Source: Chlorokybus atmophyticus (lineage: Eukaryota > Plantae > Mesostigma and Chlorokybus algae). From it: a stretch of 64,000 bases of DNA. Shown piece after piece: positions 55,901 to 64,000 of the stretch. The translations under genes were made by a program, and so were the position numbers. The stretch is taken from assembly GCA_009103225.1 (NCBI GenBank), contig RHPI01001715.1, positions 1,260,428 to 1,324,427 of the forward strand, read 5' to 3'. The stretch's first letter is position 1; the number at the start of each line of letters is the position of its first letter. The notes under the pieces were generated by a model. That model was not told the origin of the DNA and did no database searches. It saw nothing but the letters and a program-made list of their open reading frames with translations.

Positions 55901-58889
55901 AGAAGAATGTGTTCCCTTTGCCACGCATTGATGAGTTGTTGGAGCAGCTCGAGGGTTCTTCTCAAGCTTGGACCTAGCTGGTGGCTACCACCAGATCCGT
56001 GTTGCACCTGAAGACGTTGAGAATACGGCTTTCAACACTCGCTACGGCCACTACGAGTGGTTGGTGATGTCCTTTGGCATGACAAACGCTCCGGCAACCT
56101 TTCAAACCTTGATGAATGAGATCTTTGCTGATCTGATTGGCAAGGGTGTGCTAGTGTACCTCGACGACATCCTTGTGTACATGAAGAGCAAGAGGGAGCA
56201 CGTGGTGTTGCTACGCAAGGTGATGCAGTGTTTACGTCTACACAAGTTGTTTGCTCAGCTCAACAAGTGCCGCTTCTTGCTTGAGAAGGTAGATTACCTT
56301 GGCCACATTGTATCTAAGCAAGGAATTAAGGCGGACCCGAATAATATTGCCGCGATGCGCAATTGGGCTACTCCGAATGACGTGAAGGGGGTCATGTCGT
56401 TCCTAGGGCTTGCCGGCTACTATCGCAAGTTTGTGAAGGGCTTCTCGCACTTGGCGGCACCATTGACGGCGTTGCTAAGAAAGGGGGTGGCTTGGAGCTG
56501 GTCGGAGGCTGCAATAAAGGCATTTTCTGACTTGAAAGCGGCCCTAACAACGGCTCCCGTGCTGCTGCATCCTAACATGCAATTGCCTTTCGTGGTGGCG
56601 TGCGATGCGTCCAACAAGGCCATTGGGGCAGTTTTGCAGCAAGATCACGGCAACGGCTTGCAACCGGTGGCCTATTTCAGCAAGAAGATAAGCGGATCTG
56701 AGCTCAATTACCCCCGTTCATGAGAAGGAATTGTTGGCGCAGGTGCTAGCGCTACGGCAATGGCGTTGTTTCCTTGAAGGCAAGCGCTTCACACTTGAAA
56801 CGGACCACTCGCCATTGAGGTACCTTCAAACCCAGCCTCATCTCTCGCGTTGGCAAGCTCGTTGGCTTGAGTTCTTTCAACTCCTTGACTTTGAAGTGAA
56901 GTACAAGCCCGGCTCTTCAAACAAGGTGGCGGACGCGTTGAGTCGCCAACTCAATGCGCTCGAAACGGTGGTGCAAGTGCAGCCCGCGTGGTTGGATCCG
57001 AGCCTTGTTGCACGAGGACGCGGTAGGTGACAAGACTATCAAGGCGCTGGAGAATGGGTCTGAGCATAGTGGCCTTTGGGCATTGAAGGAGGGGCTGCTA
57101 TGGCATGGCGATGGCATGTACATACCCAACATTGCGCATATGCGCGTAGCATTGATGAGAAGCGCATGACGTGCCAATGGCTGGTCATCAAGGGCTGGAA
57201 CGGACGTTGGCCTTGTTGAAACAGAGACTTTTCTGGTCGGAGATGCATTGTGATGTTAAAGACTATGTGGCATTGTGCGACACTTGTCAAAGGGTGAAGG
57301 CGAGCAATCAACGCACCAGCGGGCTGCTCCAACCATTGCCGATACCTTTGACAAAGTGGGAGCAAGTTACTCTCGACTTCAGTACAGGGCTGCCACGTAC
57401 ACGCGAAGGGCATGATGCTATCTTGGTGTTTGTTGACAAGACCAGCAAATGGTGCGATTGGCGCCATGTACGGAGACTTGCACGGCTCCTGAGGCTGCCA
57501 AGCTGGTCATCAAGCATGTGGTGCGGTCTCATGGCCTTCCAAAGAGCATTGTAAGTGACAGAGACCCGCGGTTTACTGTGTGTGTGTGAAAAGCTCTCCA
57601 CTTAGCTCTAGGCACGAGCTTGAAGTTCAGCACCGCGTACCACCCCGAAACGGACGGCCAAACTGAGCGCGCCAACCGCGTGATTGAGGACATGTTACGG
57701 TGCTATGTGAACAGCCGTCAAGACAATTGGGGAGACATGCTGGAGCTGACCGAGTTCACCATCAACAACCACAAAAGTGCAAGCACGGGCGTGACACCTT
57801 TCCTCATGAACTAAGGGCAACATCCTTTGACGCCATTGACGGCGTGGGTGCCTAGCATGCAAAGCTCCAACGTGGAGGCCGTGGATGGCTTTCTTGTGAG
57901 GTGTGCAGACATTACAAAGGCAGCTCGTGAGGCTTTAATTATGGCACAAAACAGGCAAAAGCAATACGCCGATGCACATCGCAAGCATGTTATCTTTTCG
58001 GAGGGTGATCGCGTGATGCTCTCTACGAAGCATGTGCAGCTGGTCACAGGTGTGCGCAAGCTGAGTGAACGATTGTTGGGGCCTTTCAATGTAATCAAGG
58101 TCATCTCGGAGGTAGCGTACAAGCTGGAGCTGCCTAATACCATGCACGTGCACCCCGTTTTTCATGTTTCGCTCCTTAAAGCTTACAAGGGGGAGCCGCC
58201 ACCTCGCCCGCCTCCGGTTTTAGTTCGTGAGGGCCAAGCTGAGTGGGAGGTGGAGGCAATTGTCAAGGATAGGCTGGTGGGAGGTGTGCGCAAGTTTTTG
58301 GTAAAGTAGCGCGGCTATCCCATGCACGAGGCAACGTACGAATCTGAGGAGAATTTCCCCAACGCCGAACAGATTTTGCAGGAGTACAAGGCCAAGGGAG
58401 GCACTCGTCAGCCTCGAGGGCAAAGCTTCCATAGGGGGGAAGGGGTGTAATCGCCTAAGCCCTTTTCCATATTTTAATGCATGTATAATATGTGTTTTAC
58501 CCTTTTTTGGCTTAATAAAGGGTTTTGTAAGGCTTTATTGGGCCCTTCTGGCGCCGGCTCTACTGCAGCGCGCGACTTCGCCTTCGCCAAAAGCTGCCAA
58601 CCTGCGACGTGCTTGCCGCCGAGCCAATAGCGATGTGACTGCCGCGGCATGTGACGTCACACCTGACTAGATTGTGCCAGGTGACGCGGACTTCGCAGTC
58701 AGCGACCTGCTGTGCAGTACCTTACGACGCAGAGTACACAGTCAGCTGCCGCGTAAAAGGTACCCGACGCGAGGGGCAGCAGTTTGAACTTATACAGTCC
58801 ATTAGATTTGGTAAATCATGAAAAAAATGCCTGGTTATTAACCTACTTGGTTTTGGTGCTGGTATAAATAGGAAAACCCTGAGTAATAC
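52944..58889 (+). mobile_element. Ty3/gypsy chromovirus, element 2 (decayed): 5' LTR 52944-53624, PBS 53626-53637, gag ~53693-54757, pol ~54740-58395, PPT 58432-58445, partial 3' LTR 58446-58889
   Basis: LTRs share TGTAA..GCCT..CCCTTT(T)CCATATTTT.. starts. PBS TGGTATCGGAGC. Motifs: knuckle C*ECSSADHVRSSC, PR LVDCGT, RT YLDDIL, RH ACDASN, INT STAYHPETDGQTER, chromo WEVEAIV..FLVK*RGY..ATYE. Multiple stops and frameshifts. Confidence 0.95.
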
Positions 58890-61800
58890 TGTAACAGTCA
58901 AGGCCAAATTCTGTGATTTTCATGGCCGTTTTAGGCCTTATTTGCAAGGTACATGTTTTTAATGACTTGTGGCGGATATCGGCGAGTTATGAGTCTGCCG
59001 CGGATATCGACCGGGGCCCCAAGACCAGTCCGGAAGGTGCCAGAAAACGGAGGGCCAGTCGAGAAGGGCTCGACCAGATTTCCGGAAGGGCCTGGCGCCA
59101 GGTAGTACAACTTGACCATATGAGCAGCAAATTAGGAGATCTTTGGTGCGTTGGAAAGGTCTAGAAGGGTACTACAAGATTCTGCAAGAATATCTTAGCT
59201 TCTAGTTTTGTCTAGCGCTAGAATCGTCTAGACAGTAGCATGTGCAGACTGGTAGGTATAAAAGTGACATTCTACAATTTGCAATACAACCTTTAGCTCC
59301 CTAGTTTCTAGTGTGCAAGCTTGGTGGTGGTTAGCAGGGGTTGCTAGCGTGTGGCCACTGGTGTGTGCTTGCTTGTGTGACGATCCAAGGCGCTACACAA
59401 GTCGGTGTGTAGCTTCGAGCGCATGCGCGTGCGTACGCGAGTGGCGGGGCGCGTGTGTGTGCTTGGCAGAGGGGGCAAGGTTCCGGTGTGAATACCGTGT
59501 CTTGGTGAGAGGGTTGTGGATTGGACCAACTCACAGGTGACAAGGCACGAGCACCGTCACAACTGGTATCGGAGCACGGTTTACGAAGGTGAGAGAGGAA
59601 GTGTGTGGGCGTTTACACTTTTCATTCGGAAGCGGAGTGTAGTGTGTTAGTGGAGATGGAGGATGCTCGCATGGAAGAGCTTCAAGCTGCCATCTTGGCA
59701 CTGAGGGAAGAGCTTCATCACACTCAAGCGGCGGCACAAGCACAACGCGAGGCGTATGAGCATGCGATGGCGCGTGTACAAATTCCCATGGCATCAAGCT
59801 CGCGCGTGCATGTGAAGGTGCCAAAGCCCAAGCCATTCAAGGGTCAACGTGATGGAGATGCAGTGGATGAATGGATTTTTCAAGTATCGTCTTGGTTGAA
59901 GCTCACGGAGGTGCCCACGCATCTGCACGTGGAGGTTGCAGCGACATTGCTTGAAGGTGCAGCACTTGTGTGGTGGAGGCATCGATGTACGCGTGTTGCA
60001 AACGGGTTGGCGCTACCATTGACCACCATGGAAGAGTTGGCACTGGAGGTCAGGCATCAATTTGTTCCCGTTGAGAGCGTGAAGGCCGCACGCGACAAAC
60101 TTGCAGCCCTTGTGCAAATGGGGTCGGTGATGGCGTACACGGCCGCGTTTCAGCGATTGGTGATGTCCATACCCAATATGACCGAGGAGGAGCAGTTGGA
60201 CAGGTATACACGTGGTTTAAAACCTTTGGGGCGTAAAGAAGTGGAGCTACGGGACCCGAAGACACTCGCGGAGGCTATATGCATCGCGGAGCGTCTCGAC
60301 GCGTTGTACTTCAAGTCCACCACAAGAAACACTGACTGGAGGCAAAGGCATGATGATCAGCCCCGGGGAGGCGTTCAACATGCATGGAGACGAGGAGAAC
60401 CAAGCTTAGCACTTGCAAATGGAGGTGGAGCTGACTCTGGGCCTGCACCAATGGAGGTGGGTGCCATACACACACATGGAAGTGAGGCGAAGCACGGCGG
60501 ACGTGGTGAAAGAGGTAAAGGTGTGCGCAAGTGTTATGCGTGTGGGTCGACGGAGCATTTGGCGTACGGATGCCCCAAACGAAGCACGCAAAGGCCAACA
60601 CCGGATGGCAACCCTCGCCGTGATCGTCGCGTCAACACCATGGAGCAAAATGGCGTGGAGCAGGAAAACGACTTCCCCCAGTAGGTGAGGAGGCTTCTGC
60701 TGGGGATAGGAGGGAGCCTCATGCACGGACGGATGCTGTGACATTTCCATTAAAGAAGCAAGAGGAGATGGCTTTAAACGCGCCAATGGTGGTGAGTTAT
60801 GCAAACGAGGAGACAACAAAGTACTTCGGGCTTCGAGCACACATTTGCGATGACCAAGGACGATGGAGAGAGTGTAAGCTCATGATTGATAGCGGTGCCA
60901 ACAGCAACTTCATGAGTATTGATATCGCGCGGCGTTACGGTTGGCTTTCGTCATTACGAGGAGGTGAAGTAAAGCTCGCTGATAGAGAGCCACCCTCTGG
61001 AGGTGATGGCGCTGCGTTTATGACCAAAGAGTTGTGCGTTCGCATTGGGAAGATGAAAGAGAGCATGCGATTTTGCTGCATCACCCTACGGAACGGGTTT
61101 GATGGGATTTTGGGACTACCGTGGCTATGGCAACATAATCCAGCCATCAATTGGAGGAAGTGCGTGCTCACCATCGAGCGAAACGGTGGAGAGTCCATTC
61201 AAGCTGCATCGGTCGTCATCGAGGCGCGGCACGCACAATTAGGTGGTACGACAATTGCCCAGATCTCTTATGTGCAATTGAGGAAGTTATTGTCTCCACG
61301 GAAGGCAAAGGCTGCATGGTTGTGCGTGGTGCGCGAAAACACTGCAAAGTCAGCACCGGAGCTGAGTGACGATGTTCAGACGGCTACTATAGACCCCGAC
61401 GTGTGTAAACTTGTTAAAGAATACCAAGATATCATAGTGGACGGACTTCCATCTGGTCTACCACCTCCACGGAGCGTAGACCACCGTGTGGAGCTGATTG
61501 AGGGCGTGCACAAGCCACCGTATCGACCCGTATACAAGTTGTCACCTTTGGAACTGGAAGAGGCCGAGAGGCAGGTGGCGGACTTGCTGGAAAGAGGCTA
61601 CATCAGGCCTAGTAAGTCCCCCTATGGTGCACCTATTTTGTTTGTACGAAAGAAGAACGGGAGCTTGCGCATGTGCGTCGACTACCGAGCTCTCAACAAC
61701 ATCACGAAGAGGAATTGCTTTCCACTCCCACGTATCGACGAGTTGCTGGAGCAATTGCAAGGTGCGCAGTACTTCACAACACTTGATCTTGCTGGAGGTT

Positions 61801-62391
61801 ATCACCAAATTCGCATCGCGCCCGAGGATGTGGAGAAAACAGCTTTTAACACACGTTATGGGCACTACGAGTGGTTGGTCATGTCCTTCGGACTTACGAA
61901 CGCACCGGCAACATTTCAAACGCTTATGAACAGCGTTTTTGCTGACTTGATTGGTAAGGGAGTCCTCGTGTACCTCGACGACATTTTGGTGTACGCGACA
62001 ACAAAGGAGGAGCACGTGGCACTTCTACGGCGCGTGTTGCAGCGTTTGCGCGAACACAAGTTGTACGCCCAGCTACAGAAGTGCAAATTCTTGCTTCGAG
62101 AGGTGGAGTACCTAGGCCACATTGTGTCGCATGAAGGCATCAAGCCGGACCCCAACAAAGTGCAGGTGGTGCGCGAGTGGGCTGCCCCGACCAATGTAAA
62201 GGAGGTGATGTCCTTTTTAGGCCTTGCGGGGTATTATCGCAAGTTTATCATGGGGTTTTCGCGCATAGCTGCTCCCTTGACTACCCTACTCAAGAAGGGA
62301 AAGCATTGGAGCTGGTCAGCAACAGAGGAACATGCATTTGCTGCGTTGAAGAAGGCGCTAACGGAGGCACCAGTCCTGGCTCACCCCAACA
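58890..62391 (+). mobile_element. Ty3/gypsy element 3, related to element 2: 5' LTR 58890-59561, PBS 59564-59575, intact gag 59656-60684, pol (PR-RT) truncated at 62391 by an insertion
   Basis: LTR TGTAACAG...GTCACA, PBS TGGTATCGGAGC, knuckle CYACGSTEHLAYGC, PR IDSGA, RT YLDDIL. Homology to element 2 pol stops abruptly after APVLAHPN. Confidence 0.95.
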
Positions 62392-64000
62392 CAGGGCTTT
62401 ATACGCGCGGACCAGTCGTACGCGGCCCGTAGACCACGTCTGGTACGTTGTAGCGTACCAGTGCCGCGACTGGTCCGGCATGATCGAACCACTGGTGGTC
62501 CGGCCCCGGAGCCCGCCGATATGGTCCGAATGACCGGACCAGGGCTGGTGGCGTGTCCCGCGGCTTGTAGACCGGTACAGCACTGGTCAGCACGCGGCCT
62601 GAGCAGTAGGACCAAGGCTGGTCGCATGCCCTGCGGCCTATGAGCCAGGGCAGCACTGGTACAGAATGCATGTACTGTACGGACCAATTATGTCCTCACA
62701 AGCGGGACCAAGCTGCACTGGTACGGTTGCAAGCGGCCCTCATAGACCATGCATGGTTCCGAAACCGAAACAGCTCTTTTGGATCATTGATATATTATGA
62801 TAACCAACGGTGAAGAATGACGTCGGAAGCATACGACACATCTCACCTGGTCCGTTGCTCCCAAGGTCACGTGCGCCAATGCTAAACGAGTAGCAGGCAC
62901 TGGGCATGCATGGTCCCCTGTCCATTTGCTAGGGTTTTGGGCTTGCGCTGCAGTCTCGGCGGCGGCGGCGGCGGCGGGGGCGGTGGCGAAAACCTTTGGA
63001 ACAGCTGGTTTCGTGGGTACTACGCATGCACCCAGCATGGCGGACCGAAAAGCAGCTGATATTGCTGAAAGACTCCACCAGTCTATCGGACTCAAGCTAT
63101 GTAACAGTCAAGGCCAAATTCTGTGATTTTCATGGCCGTTTTAGGCCTTATTTGTAAGGTACATGGTTTTAATGACTTGTGACGGATATCGGCGAGTTAT
63201 GAGTCTGCCGCGGATATCGACCGGGGCCCCAAGACCAGTCCGGAAGGTGCCAGAAAACGGAGGGCCAGTCGAGAAGGGCTCGACCAGATTTCTGGAAGGG
63301 CCTGGCGCCAAGTAGTATAACTTGACCATATGAGCAGCAAATTAGGGGATCTTTAGTGCGTTGGAAAGGTCTAGAAGGGTACTACAAGATTCTGCAAGAA
63401 TATCTTAGCTTCTAGTTCCGTCTAGCGCTAGAATCGTCTAGACAGTAGCATGTGCAGACTGGTAGGTATAAAAGTGACATTCTACAACTTGCAATACAAC
63501 CTTTAGCTCCCTAGTTTCTTGTGTGCAAGCTTGGTGGTGGTTAGCAGGGGTTGCTAGCGTGTGCCCACCGGTGTGTGCTTGCTTGTGTGACGATCCAAGG
63601 CGCTACACAAGTCGGTGTGTAGCTTCGAGCGCATGCGCGTGCGTACGCGAGTGGCGGGGCGCGCGTGTGTGCTTGGCAGAGGGGGCAAGGTTCCGGTGTG
63701 AATACCGTGTCTTGGTGAGAGGGTTGTGGATTGGACCAACTCACAGGTGACAAGGCACGAGCACCGTCACAAGCTACCTGCAGTCAACCTTGCAGCTTTG
63801 CGCAAGCGGAAGCAGCGTTCCAAGTTGGTTGTCAACGCAACGCAAGGTCTCCTACGTCAGAAGGACTTGGAGTTGAGTCAAAGAGAGCAAGCTCTTGCCC
63901 GCAGAGAAGCTGAGGTGTCCCAACTTTTGGCTGATAGCGGCCTCGCTGGTGACAACGCGTCCCCCATGGAGGTGGATGGGCAGGTAGACCCCTCACTCAG
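62392..64000 (+). mobile_element. hAT-like DNA transposon left end with subterminal repeats and start of an ORF (ATG 63037); runs off the right edge
   Basis: Begins CAGGGCTTTATAC exactly where the element 3 pol breaks. More than a dozen GGACC/GGTCC/ACTGGTAC motifs in both orientations lie in 62400-62760. No transposase motif is visible in the window. Confidence 0.55.
63100..63771 (+). mobile_element. Solo LTR of the element 3 family with 5-bp TSD AGCTA
   Basis: 672 bp, near-identical to 58890-59561. AGCTA at 63095-63099 and at 63772-63776. No PPT upstream and no PBS downstream. Confidence 0.95.

Noticed and set aside
58890-63771. Single intact LTR retrotransposon bounded by the two 672-bp LTRs
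   Set aside because: The outer flanks differ (AATAC vs AGCTA), there is no PPT, RH/INT are missing, and the right LTR has its own TSD.

Overview
Eukaryotic, intron-containing genomic DNA, most likely from a green alga (chlorophyte). The basis is GT-AG introns, plant-type ABC1K8, PFP-beta and R2R3-MYB genes, and LTR primer-binding sites reading TGGTATCGGAGC. The left 28 kb holds host genes: a secreted NIDO+PKD-like protein (runs off the left edge), an ABC1K8/OSA1-like kinase, a WD40+coiled-coil protein, BUD23, a secreted HbpS/GlcG-type haem-binding protein and PPi-dependent phosphofructokinase. At ~31.7-37.6 kb lies a decayed Academ-type DNA transposon gene (transposase + XPG-like nuclease + Cys8 finger). 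It is spliced in frame to a bHLH/bZIP-like basic region and coiled coils. An R2R3-MYB gene (40.4-42.3 kb) and a 550-bp (GA)n tract follow. From 48.4 kb to the end is a five-level nest: minus-strand chromovirus <- plus-strand chromovirus <- related Ty3/gypsy <- hAT-like DNA element <- solo LTR. The outermost chromovirus carries an extra domain between gag and protease that resembles a degenerate Dam-like N6-adenine methyltransferase. A ~0.8-kb uncharacterised dispersed repeat occurs four times. All family assignments come from motif recognition by eye; no searches were run.
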